Positions 31,207 to 39,659 of a stretch of DNA of 64,000 bases are shown in pieces (the stretch's first letter is position 1; each line of letters begins with the position of its first letter). Under the pieces are notes generated by a model. The model was given only the letters and a program-made list of their open reading frames with translations, was not told where the DNA came from and did no database searches. Location of the stretch: the NCBI GenBank assembly GCA_021325655.1, contig JAJPGT010000054.1, forward strand, positions 16,124-80,123, in the 5' to 3' direction. Both the position numbers and the translations under genes were made by a program. The stretch is from Pseudomonadota bacterium. GTDB taxonomy: Bacteria > Chloroflexota > UBA6077 > JAJPGT01.

Positions 31207-33342
31207 ATGATCGAAGCCGCCCGGTCGCCCTGGTGGGAGCAGCTTGCCCGGGCCATCTCGCCCATCGAGGAGCGGCCGCGGGTGGTCGATGGGATCGAGG
31301 CGGTCTGCCAGACCAGTCGTGATGGCCGAGCCTATATGGTGGTCCGCAGCCCGGTTGCGAACACGTACCTGAAGCTCGATCCGCGCGAGTTCGAGCTGCT
31401 GGCACTCATGGACGGCAGCCGCAGCGTCAAGGCGCTGGTGGTGGCCTATTTCCAGCGCCATGGCGTCCTGGCCTTGCCACGTATCGCCGGCTTGGTCGGG
31501 CTGCTGCGCGCGCACCGATTCCTGACCGAGCCGCCGCTGGACGCCCTCGCGGCGCTGGAGTGCCGGCTGCGCCGCTGGAGCGCCGGGGTGCTGTTCGCCC
31601 GGCTGGCGCGCGGGCTGGTGCAGACGGAGATCGAAGTGCGCGGCGTCGACCGGGTGCTGGACGGCTGGTATCGGGCCTGGGGCTGGCTTCTGTTCACCCG
31701 GTCGATCGCCCTGGCCGGTACCGTGCTAGGATTCCTCGGGCCGCTGCTGTTCCTGCTCGAGCTGAGCCGGGCCCGCTACCCGTTGTTCCGCACGGGCGGC
31801 TCGTACGTCGCGGGCCTCGTGCTGCTGCTGCTGCTGGAGCTGCTCGTGCTCACTGTGCACGAGCTTGGCCACGGCCTGGCAGTCAAGCACGCGGGGCGAA
31901 CCGTCCACCGGGCTGGGTTTCTGCTCTACTACGGCCTGCCGGCCGCCTTCGTGGACACGACCGACGTCTGGATGGCGCCGCGCCGGCTGCGGCTGATCAC
32001 CTCCTTTGCCGGCCCCTGGACGGGCCTGGTGATCGGCGGACTCGCCGCGCTCGGGGCGTGGGCGCTGCCCGCGGGCTCCCTGGGGGCGTTCCTGTTCGTC
32101 TGGTGCTTCGTCTCGCTTATCAACACGCTGGCCAACTTCAACCCGCTGCTCGAGCTCGATGGCTATTACCTCCTGGTGGACCTTATAGAGAAGCCGATGC
32201 TGCGGGCCCGAGCGCTGACGTTTGTGCGCGGGCCGCTGTGGACCCGGCTTCGGCAACGCCAGCGGCTCAGCGGTGAGGAGCAGTTCTTCGCCTGGTTCGG
32301 TCTCGCCACCCTCGTCTACTCTGGGCTCTCGCTGTTCCTCGCACTCAGCTTCTGGTCGCGCTGGCTGCTGCCGGCCCTGCGTGGGGCGTGGCAGAGCGAC
32401 CAGCCACTGGCGCGCCTCGTGGTGCTGCTGGTCGGCCTGGCCATCGCCACCCCACTGGCACTCGCCGCCTGGGCCGGCGTCAGGTCCTTGTCCGCGGCTG
32501 TCGCGCGACGGCTGATCCTGCTGAACGGGCGCGCCGCCGCCCGTCGCCACCGCGCGATGCTCGACGCCCTGCGCGCGGTGCCGCTCTGGGCAGGGCTTCC
32601 CGATGGGCAGGCGCTGGAGGTGGCCCGGGCGATGCGGGCCCAGGACGTCCCACCGGGGACGGAGGTGGTCCGCCAGGGCGAGCCGGGCGACCGCTTCTAC
32701 CTCATCGACTACGGTCGCTTCGAAGTGCTGGTGGATGGCCAGCCGGTCGCCCGGCTGGGCCGCGGCGACTACTTTGGGGAGCGTGCGCTGCTGAATCGAG
32801 CGCCGCGGGCAGCCACGGTGGTGGCGGTGGAGCCCAGCCGCGTGTTCTGGCTGGACCAGGCGCAGTTCCAGGCGCTGCTGGCGCACGACCTGGCAACCCG
32901 GGCCCGGCTCGAGGCCGCGGTCGCCTACCGCGCCGAGGTGGCGGCGATGCCGCTGTTCCGCGACCTCCGCCCGGTCGAGCTGGACCTGCTCCTGGCCCGC
33001 CTGATCCCCATCCGAGTCGAGGCCGGCGCCGCCATTATCCACCAGGGCGAGCCGGGCGACCGCTTCTACATCATCCGCTCGGGGTCGGTCCAGGTGGAGC
33101 GCGACGATCACCTGCTGGCGACGCTCGGACCGGGCGAGACGTTCGGCGAGATCGCGCTGCTGCACAACGTGCCCCGCACGGCAACGGTGCGTGCAGTGGA
33201 GCCGACGGAGCTGCTCGCGCTGGAAGCGACCGACTTCCACGATCTGCTGGCCAGCTACTTCGGCCGGGCGGAGGAGCTGGAGCGGCTGAGCCATCTCCGC
33301 CTCGCCACGCACCACCGGCTGGACCAGATCGTGGCGCGGTAG
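31207..33342 (+). CDS. M50 (site-2 protease) family membrane metalloprotease-like protein fused to two cyclic-nucleotide-binding domains
   Basis: HELGHGLAVKH lies within a TM helix (LLELLVLTVHELGH), and the second M50 motif NFNPLLELDGYY is present. There are several TM helices, followed by two CAP-type cNMP modules (FGERALLNRAPRAATVVA and FGEIALLHNVPRTATVRA). Confidence 0.85.
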   Translation: MIEAARSPWWEQLARAISPIEERPRVVDGIEAVCQTSRDGRAYMVVRSPVANTYLKLDPREFELLALMDGSRSVKALVVAYFQRHGVLALPRIAGLVGLLRAHRFLTEPPLDALAALECRLRRWSAGVLFARLARGLVQTEIEVRGVDRVLDGWYRAWGWLLFTRSIALAGTVLGFLGPLLFLLELSRARYPLFRTGGSYVAGLVLLLLLELLVLTVHELGHGLAVKHAGRTVHRAGFLLYYGLPAAFVDTTDVWMAPRRLRLITSFAGPWTGLVIGGLAALGAWALPAGSLGAFLFVWCFVSLINTLANFNPLLELDGYYLLVDLIEKPMLRARALTFVRGPLWTRLRQRQRLSGEEQFFAWFGLATLVYSGLSLFLALSFWSRWLLPALRGAWQSDQPLARLVVLLVGLAIATPLALAAWAGVRSLSAAVARRLILLNGRAAARRHRAMLDALRAVPLWAGLPDGQALEVARAMRAQDVPPGTEVVRQGEPGDRFYLIDYGRFEVLVDGQPVARLGRGDYFGERALLNRAPRAATVVAVEPSRVFWLDQAQFQALLAHDLATRARLEAAVAYRAEVAAMPLFRDLRPVELDLLLARLIPIRVEAGAAIIHQGEPGDRFYIIRSGSVQVERDDHLLATLGPGETFGEIALLHNVPRTATVRAVEPTELLALEATDFHDLLASYFGRAEELERLSHLRLATHHRLDQIVAR

Positions 33343-33470
33343 CAGCGATCAGCGCCAGCCGCCCGCCCGACGGGGGGCCGTGGCCCCATGGTCGCCTGGT
33401 GTCCTGGGCTTGTCCCTCGCCGCCACACGGCTGCGCTCCCTGTGCCAACTGACCATGGGCGGTCGATCGC

Positions 33471-34118
33471 TTACACCAGGGGCGGCTCGCGCTGGCGCAC
33501 GTCCTCCCAGCGCAGGCGCTTGATCGTGAACAGGCCGGCCGCGGTGCGCGAGTAGCCGCTGCCGGCAAGCCGCCCCACCGGCTTCAGCAGCGCGGGATCC
33601 ACCCGACCGTCACGCAGCACCCGCGGCTGGACATGGAATAGCAGCACCTCGCCGATCACGAAGTAGGCGGGCGCGTTGCCCAGCTCCAGGATCTGCAGCA
33701 GCCGGCACTCTAGCGCCACCGGCGCCTCCGCCACCCGCGGTGCCCGCACCCGCGCGCTCGGCGCCGGCGTGAGCCCAGCCCAGACAAACTCGCTCTGGTC
33801 AGGCGGAAAGTCGGTCGCGGTGACGTTCATCGCCTCCGCCAGCTCCTCGCTGACGACGTTGACGACGAAGTCGCCACTGAAGCGGACGTTGCGCACCGTG
33901 TCCTTCAGCCCGGTGCTGGAGAAGCCGACGATCGGCGGGTCGTCGGAGAGCGCGGTGAAGTAGCTGTGCGGGGCGAGGTTGTACACCCCGTTGGCCCCGA
34001 GCGTGGAGACCCAGCCGATCGGGCGGGGCACGACCACGCTGGTGACCAGGTAATAGCAGTCTCGCGCGGAGAGCGCGCGCGGGTCGAGCTGGATCGGCTC
34101 AGGCGCATCATCTGGCAC
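33471..34118 (-). CDS. flavin reductase family protein (FMN-binding split barrel)
   Basis: CYYLVTSVVVPRPIGWVSTLGANGVYNLAPHSYFTALSDDPPIVGFSS follows the Flavin_Reduct pattern. Confidence 0.85.
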   Translation of the reverse strand: MPDDAPEPIQLDPRALSARDCYYLVTSVVVPRPIGWVSTLGANGVYNLAPHSYFTALSDDPPIVGFSSTGLKDTVRNVRFSGDFVVNVVSEELAEAMNVTATDFPPDQSEFVWAGLTPAPSARVRAPRVAEAPVALECRLLQILELGNAPAYFVIGEVLLFHVQPRVLRDGRVDPALLKPVGRLAGSGYSRTAAGLFTIKRLRWEDVRQREPPLV

Positions 34119-34268
34119 TGGTCTGCCCTCAAGGGCGGGCGCTCGCTGCTATCGTGGCGGCCAGCGGCGGCAACCGGCAAGCCGGCCGCTCGCGTACCAT
34201 AGGACGGCGGCTCCGGCGCCGGGGACACCGCGACAAGAGCCGGCACCCTGGGTGAGCGAGGACGGACG

Positions 34269-35276
34269 ATGGCGCTCCCGGTAGCACTGGACGCGATGGG
34301 CGGAGACTACGCTCCCGCCGTGCCGGCCGAGGCCGCGGTACAGGCAGCGCGCCGCCACCAGCTCCCGCTGCTGCTGGTCGGCCCGGAGCCAGCGGTGCGC
34401 GCGGAGTTAGCGAAGCACGACACCGCGGGGCTGGAGATCGAGGTCGTCCACGCCCCGGAGGTCATCGCCATGGACGAGCACCCGGCGAGCGCGGTGCGGC
34501 AGAAGCCGCACAGCTCGATCGCGGTCGGGATGCGCCTGGTGAAGGAAGGGCGGGCGGCGGCGTTCGTCTCGGCGGGCAATACCGGGGCGATGGTCGCCGC
34601 CGGGCTGCTAGAGCTCGGGCGAGCGCGGGGGGTGGACCGGCCGGCGCTGGGGATCGTCTTTCCCACCCTGCGGGGCAAGACGTTGCTGCTCGACGTCGGC
34701 GCGACCCCGGACGCCAAGCCGGAGCACCTGGCGCAGTTCGGGCTGATGGGCTCGCTGTACCTGGAGCGCGTCTTCCGGGTTGCCAGCCCGCGCGTCGGGC
34801 TGATCTCGATCGGCGAGGAGGAAGGCAAGGGGAACCTGCTGGTGCAGCAGGCGGCCCAGCGGCTGCGCGCGCTGCCCCTCAACTACGTCGGCAACGTGGA
34901 AGGCAAGGACATCCCGGCCGGGACGGTGGACGTGGCGGTGTGCGACGGCTTTGTCGGCAATGTGCTGCTGAAGTTCGCCGAGGGGCTGGCCGCGGCGATC
35001 AGCGGGATCATCCGCGAAGAGCTGCAGCGGAACTGGTGGTCCAAGCTGCTCGCCGCCGGGCTGCTGCCCGCCTTCCGCCGCGCGCGGACACGCATGGATT
35101 ACGCGGAGTATGGCGGCGCCCCACTGCTGGGGCTGCGCGGGCTGGCCATCGTCGCCCACGGCCGCTCGAGCGCCTACGCCCTCCAGAACGCACTGCGGGT
35201 GGCGCGGGAGGCCGCGGGACAGGATGTGCCGCGGCTGATCGCGGAGGGGCTAGCGGAGCGGAGCAGCGAGATGTAG
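34269..35276 (+). CDS. plsX: phosphate acyltransferase PlsX
   Basis: VALDAMGGDYAP...AFVSAGNTGA...GLISIGEEEGKGN...DVAVCDGFVGNVLLK...GAPLLGLRGLAIVAHGRSS are canonical PlsX blocks. Confidence 0.9.
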   Translation: MALPVALDAMGGDYAPAVPAEAAVQAARRHQLPLLLVGPEPAVRAELAKHDTAGLEIEVVHAPEVIAMDEHPASAVRQKPHSSIAVGMRLVKEGRAAAFVSAGNTGAMVAAGLLELGRARGVDRPALGIVFPTLRGKTLLLDVGATPDAKPEHLAQFGLMGSLYLERVFRVASPRVGLISIGEEEGKGNLLVQQAAQRLRALPLNYVGNVEGKDIPAGTVDVAVCDGFVGNVLLKFAEGLAAAISGIIREELQRNWWSKLLAAGLLPAFRRARTRMDYAEYGGAPLLGLRGLAIVAHGRSSAYALQNALRVAREAAGQDVPRLIAEGLAERSSEM

Positions 35277-35284
35277 ACAGGATA

Positions 35285-35319
35285 GGGGCCACGAGTGGCT
35301 GCCCTCCACTCGTGGCCCC
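35285..35319. terminator. perfect 13-bp GC-rich hairpin between convergent genes (no T-tract)
   Basis: GGGGCCACGAGTG-gctgccctc-CACTCGTGGCCCC, 9 nt after the plsX stop and between plsX (+) and the VOC gene (-). Confidence 0.5.
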
Positions 35320-35438
35320 ACCGTCGTGGCTCGCTCCGCGTTCGCCCCAGGCGGAGCCGCCTCGGGGCGGCGCGGGCGGCCAGGTCTCCGTCCCGGGGGC
35401 CTGAGCGGCAAGATGCTCCTGCTGTTCAGGCCCCCCGC

Positions 35439-35822
35439 TCAGGCTCCGCCGTGCTGCGGGTTCGGCTCCCACAGCGCGAACACATTGCCCTCGGGATCGG
35501 TCAGGTGAGCGAACCAGCCGTAGCTCATCACCTCCGTCTTGGGTACCAGCACGCTCGCGCCTAGCTCCTGCGCCCGGGCCAGGTACTGGTCAATCGACTC
35601 GACGCCGATGTAGTTGACGATCTGCTGCCCGGGCGCCAGCCGCCGCATCAGACCGCCGCCAGGCCCACCCTGGTCGCCGCTGTTGGTCCGGATCATCCAA
35701 TACTCAGCATCCGGCATCGACGCGTCCTTCTCGATCGTCCAGCCGAAGAGCTTGCTGTAGAAGGCGCTGGCGCGCTCCGGGTCATCGGCCGGGATCTCGA
35801 AGTGGACAATGCTGTGAGCCAT
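35439..35822 (-). CDS. VOC (glyoxalase/bleomycin-resistance) family protein
   Basis: MAHSIVHFEIPADDPERASAFYSKLFGW...GWFAHLTDPEGNVFALWE. The start is ATG 35822 after GGAGGAA. Confidence 0.8.
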   Translation of the reverse strand: MAHSIVHFEIPADDPERASAFYSKLFGWTIEKDASMPDAEYWMIRTNSGDQGGPGGGLMRRLAPGQQIVNYIGVESIDQYLARAQELGASVLVPKTEVMSYGWFAHLTDPEGNVFALWEPNPQHGGA

Positions 35823-36020
35823 GCCGTTCCTCCAAAAAGCTCGGATGTCCCCAGTATCCCCTATCCGAAACCTGTAGAACATATGTCCTACATCACAAGC
35901 GCGTCACGGTGAGCGCGCTGGGGCGATCTTGGGGTAGTCTTGCAGCAACACGCCCGTGGGTTCGGACGCCACGGGCGCGGCGGTCCGAGGCCGCCGACAC
36001 CACCGCTGAGGAGGCTGCTC

Positions 36021-36854
36021 ATGCCGCGCGCACAGGTCGGAGCGATCAGCCTGAACTACGAGACGGCCGGGAGCGGTTTCCCGCTCGTGCTCATCCACGC
36101 CTGGCCCACGGATCACGCCATCTGGCAGCTTCAGATGCCTGTCTTCTCCCGCGACTACCACACCATCGCGGTGGACCTGCGGGGGCTGGGCCAGTCCGAC
36201 AAGCCGCCGGCTCCGAACACCCCGGAGATCATGGCACGCGATCTGGTCGGGCTGCTCGACGCGCTGGGGATCGAGCGCGCGGCCGTCTGCGGCATCTCGC
36301 TGGGTGGGGTCGTCGCGGCACAGATGACGCTGGATGCGCCGCAGCGCGTCGCGAGCGCTGTCTGGGTCGGCGCACCCTCGTATGTGGACCGGTTCATGAT
36401 CACGGTCGGGGGCGAGACGATCCCGCTGGCGGAGGTGTACCTGCGGGTGCTGGAGCCGGAAGGGTATCTCGGCTTCTGGCACAAGGTGTGGAAGGCCAAT
36501 ATCGAGCTGTTGTTCAATGAGGAGTTCGTCCAGTCGCGCCTCGGCACCTATCTCATCGAATCACTGTTCGAGGACCGCTACGCGCGCTGGAACGCCGACG
36601 CCCGCCCGATCATCGACATCCTGCACGGGCTCAGCACCTGGAACATTCTCGACCGGCTGCCCACGGTGACCCGGCCGGTGCAGGTAGTGGTGGGCGACCA
36701 CGACCCGACCTTCGTGTACTGCGAGGAGCAGGGCCGGCTCACCGCGAACGCCGAGTACGTGGTCATCGACAACAGCGGCCACTTCTGCAACCTGGACAAC
36801 CCGGCGCGCTTCAACCAGGTGGTGCTCGACTTCCTGCACCGCACCGCGCGCTAG
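36021..36854 (+). CDS. alpha/beta hydrolase
   Basis: FPLVLIHAWPTDH, the nucleophile elbow GISLGG and a C-terminal SGHFCNLDNP. The start is ATG 36021 after GAGGAGG. Confidence 0.85.
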   Translation: MPRAQVGAISLNYETAGSGFPLVLIHAWPTDHAIWQLQMPVFSRDYHTIAVDLRGLGQSDKPPAPNTPEIMARDLVGLLDALGIERAAVCGISLGGVVAAQMTLDAPQRVASAVWVGAPSYVDRFMITVGGETIPLAEVYLRVLEPEGYLGFWHKVWKANIELLFNEEFVQSRLGTYLIESLFEDRYARWNADARPIIDILHGLSTWNILDRLPTVTRPVQVVVGDHDPTFVYCEEQGRLTANAEYVVIDNSGHFCNLDNPARFNQVVLDFLHRTAR

Positions 36855-36931
36855 GTCGAGCCGCTGGCACAGAGTGCCACAGCTCCGCGCCAGTGCGGGG
36901 GAGGCGAACTGGGCGTCTTGTGGGCAGCGCG

Positions 36932-37831
36932 CTACTCGAGCACCCGCAGGGCATAGCGCGGATCGCAGTGCCACTCCCAGTAGCGCTCGGCGATCCGGCG
37001 GGTGATCGGCCCGGGGCGGCCGTCGCCCACCTGGCGGCGGTCGACCTCAACGATGGGGGCGATGCCACCGGCGGTGGTGCAGAAGAACGCCTCGTCAGCG
37101 TTGTACAGGTCATAGGGGGTCAGCCAGGCATACTCCGCCCGCAGCCTCAGCTCGGCGGCGATCTCGAAGACCGTCTCGCGGGTAATCCCCCAGAGCACGT
37201 CTTCGGAGGGGGTGTAGAGCATTCCGCTGCGCACCAGGAACACGTTTGCCCCCCGCCCCTCGGTCAAGAAGCCGCGGGTGTCGAGCAGCACCACTTCGTC
37301 CACGCCGGCATCGATCGCCTCCAGCTTGGCCAGGTAGCCGTTGAGGCGGTTGAAGGTCTTGATCTTCGGGTCCAGCACCTCCACCGGCAGGTTGCGGGTG
37401 CGGGGGATCAGCACCCGCATGCCACGCTCCAGGCCGTCCGGCCCGCCCACTGCCCACAGGTAGGGGATGGCGTAGACCATCACGGTGGGTGGCCAGGTCT
37501 CCGGCGGGGTGTTGGCGCGCAGGCCACGGGTGGCGACACACTGGACGTAGGCCTCGCGCAGTCCTGCCCGCCGCACCGTCTCGACAACAATCTGCCGGAG
37601 CTGGTCCTTCGTGTACGGCAGTTCCAGCCGGATGGCGTGCGCCGAGCGGTAGAAGCGGTCGAGGTGAGCGTCGAGCTTGAACAGCCAGCCCTTCCAGACG
37701 GCCATCGTGTCGAAGACGTTGGCACCCATCAGGAAGCCGCTGTCGAAGATCGAGAGCGTGGCGTCGCGGGTGGGCAGAAACTCGCCATTGATCCAGGCCA
37801 TCCCCTGCACCCCGACGTGCTCGGTCGTCAT
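36932..37831 (-). CDS. class IV (branched-chain / D-amino-acid) aminotransferase
   Basis: INGEFLPTRDATLSIFDSGFLMGANVFDT...LDAHLDRFYRSA...LDTRGFLTEGRGANVFLV...GITRETV follows the fold-type IV PLP enzyme pattern. Confidence 0.85.
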   Translation of the reverse strand: MTTEHVGVQGMAWINGEFLPTRDATLSIFDSGFLMGANVFDTMAVWKGWLFKLDAHLDRFYRSAHAIRLELPYTKDQLRQIVVETVRRAGLREAYVQCVATRGLRANTPPETWPPTVMVYAIPYLWAVGGPDGLERGMRVLIPRTRNLPVEVLDPKIKTFNRLNGYLAKLEAIDAGVDEVVLLDTRGFLTEGRGANVFLVRSGMLYTPSEDVLWGITRETVFEIAAELRLRAEYAWLTPYDLYNADEAFFCTTAGGIAPIVEVDRRQVGDGRPGPITRRIAERYWEWHCDPRYALRVLE

Positions 37832-37899
37832 GTCATCCCTCCCGTAAGCCGCACCAGGCAGTGTAGTCCGCCTGGCGGCTGGGAGCCACCAGCGGGCCG

Positions 37900-38709
37900 C
37901 TAGCTCTTCACCGCTCCGAGCGTCAGGCCGCGGGCGAAGTGCTTGTGCACCAGCAGCCCGAGCACGACGATCGGCAGCGTCGCGATCGCCGAGAGCGCCG
38001 CCGCCTGGCCCACCAGCGCCCCTTGGCCGCCGAGGTAGCCGGCGATGATGACCGGCAGGGTGTAGGTGGTGCTGCGGGTGAGGATCAGCGCGAACAGGAA
38101 CTCGGTCCAGCTAAAGATAAAGGCGAAGGTGGCGGTGGCGATCAGCCCCGGCAGCGTGAGCGGGAGTGTCACCCAGCGCAGCACCCCCAGGCGAGTGCAG
38201 CCGTCCACCAGCGCGCTCTCCTCGATCTCCACCGGCACCTCGGCAAAGTAGCTGCGCAGCATCCAGATGACGTAGGGCAGGTTGAAGAAGGCGTACAGGA
38301 CGATCAGCCCGACGTACGTGTCCAGCAGACCGAAGACGCGGAACACCAGGAAGATCGGGATGACGACTACGATCGGCGGCATCAGACGCTGGGAGAAGAT
38401 CCAGAACGCGAGGTGCCGACCGCCGGTGTTGAAGCGGGCCAGGCTGTACGCGGCCAGCCCACCGAGGAGTAGCGCCAGCAGGGTGGCGCTACTGGCGATG
38501 ACCAGGCTGTTCCTGAGCGCGGCCCCCCCTTTGAGCTGCATCACGGTGGCGAAGTGGATCAGGGTGGGATGCGCCGGGAACCAGACCGGCGGGATGTGCA
38601 GGATATCGGCCGGCAGCTTGATCGAGGCGATGAGCATCCAGTAGATCGGGAACAGGAAGAAGGTGAGCGCCAGCAGGACGACCAGGTAACGCAGGCTTCG
38701 CAGCGCCAT
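37900..38709 (-). CDS. carbohydrate ABC transporter permease (MalG-like), paralog A
   Basis: FPIYWMLIASIK..., the EAA loop EESALVDGCTRLGVLRWVTLPL and 6 TM segments. Confidence 0.9.
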   Translation of the reverse strand: MALRSLRYLVVLLALTFFLFPIYWMLIASIKLPADILHIPPVWFPAHPTLIHFATVMQLKGGAALRNSLVIASSATLLALLLGGLAAYSLARFNTGGRHLAFWIFSQRLMPPIVVVIPIFLVFRVFGLLDTYVGLIVLYAFFNLPYVIWMLRSYFAEVPVEIEESALVDGCTRLGVLRWVTLPLTLPGLIATATFAFIFSWTEFLFALILTRSTTYTLPVIIAGYLGGQGALVGQAAALSAIATLPIVVLGLLVHKHFARGLTLGAVKS

Positions 38710-38733
38710 CAGCTTTCAGCCATCAGCACAACC

Positions 38734-38763
38734 GCGGGAGCAGCGCGGCCGCGCTGCTCCCGC
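38734..38763. promoter_or_regulatory. perfect 30-nt palindrome / 13-bp stem-loop between the two tandem MalG-like genes
   Basis: GCGGGAGCAGCGC-GGCC-GCGCTGCTCCCGC in the 77-nt spacer between genes 38787..39659 and 37900..38709. Confidence 0.5.
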
Positions 38764-38786
38764 GCCTGGCCGTTGCCGACTCCGCA

Positions 38787-39659
38787 CTAGCTCTTGACCG
38801 CGCCAAGTGTCAGCCCCCGGACGAAGTGCTTCTGCACCAGCACCCCGATCACGAACAGTGGGATAGTCGCGACCACGGCCAGCGCCGCGGCCTGGCCCCA
38901 GATCGCTCCCTGCGTCCCGTAGTAGCCGGCGATGGTGACCGGCAAGGTGAAGGCATTGTTGCGGGTGAGGATCAGCGCGAACAGGAACTCGGTCCAGCTA
39001 AAGATAAAGGCGAAGGTGGCGGTGGCGATCAGCCCCGGCAGCGAGAGCGGCAGGGTGATCCGTCGCAGCACCCCCAGGCGAGTGCAGCCGTCCACCAGTG
39101 CGCTCTCCTCGATCTCCACCGGCACCTCGGCAAAGTAGCTGCGCAGCATCCAGATGACGTAGGGCAGATTGAACAGCGTGTACAGGATGATGAGCGCCAG
39201 GTGAGTATCCAGCAGCCCGAGGGTGCGGAACACCAGGAACAGCGGGATGATGAGCACCACCGGGGGCATGAGCCGCTGGGAGAGAATCCAGAAGGAGAAA
39301 TGATGCCCGCCGGTGTTGAAGCGGGCCAGGCTGTACGCGGCCAGCCCGCCGATCAGCAGCGAGAGCGCGGTGGTGGCGAACGAGATGATGAGGCTGTTCT
39401 TGAGCGCGGTGTAGCCCTTGAGCGGCATCACCGCGCCGAAGTGGATCAGCGTCGGCTCGGAGGGGATCCACAGCGGCGGGTTGCGCAGGTAGTCGCCCGG
39501 CAGCTTGAACGCGGTGCTGATGACCCAGAAGATCGGGAACAGGAAGAAGGCGAGCGCGACCAGCACCACCAGATAGCGCAGTGCCAGGAGCAGCGGCTTG
39601 CGGCGGCTGGCGCGGTGGACCGGCCGCGGGGCGGCGAGCGCGGGCGAGGTGGCGCTCAT
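38787..39659 (-). CDS. carbohydrate ABC transporter permease (MalG-like), paralog B
   Basis: FPIFWVISTAFK..., the EAA loop EESALVDGCTRLGVLRRITLPL. I trimmed the start to ATG 39659, which overlaps the upstream gene stop as ATGA. The track ORF extension to 39941 is the other frame of the upstream gene region. Confidence 0.9.
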   Translation of the reverse strand: MSATSPALAAPRPVHRASRRKPLLLALRYLVVLVALAFFLFPIFWVISTAFKLPGDYLRNPPLWIPSEPTLIHFGAVMPLKGYTALKNSLIISFATTALSLLIGGLAAYSLARFNTGGHHFSFWILSQRLMPPVVLIIPLFLVFRTLGLLDTHLALIILYTLFNLPYVIWMLRSYFAEVPVEIEESALVDGCTRLGVLRRITLPLSLPGLIATATFAFIFSWTEFLFALILTRNNAFTLPVTIAGYYGTQGAIWGQAAALAVVATIPLFVIGVLVQKHFVRGLTLGAVKS

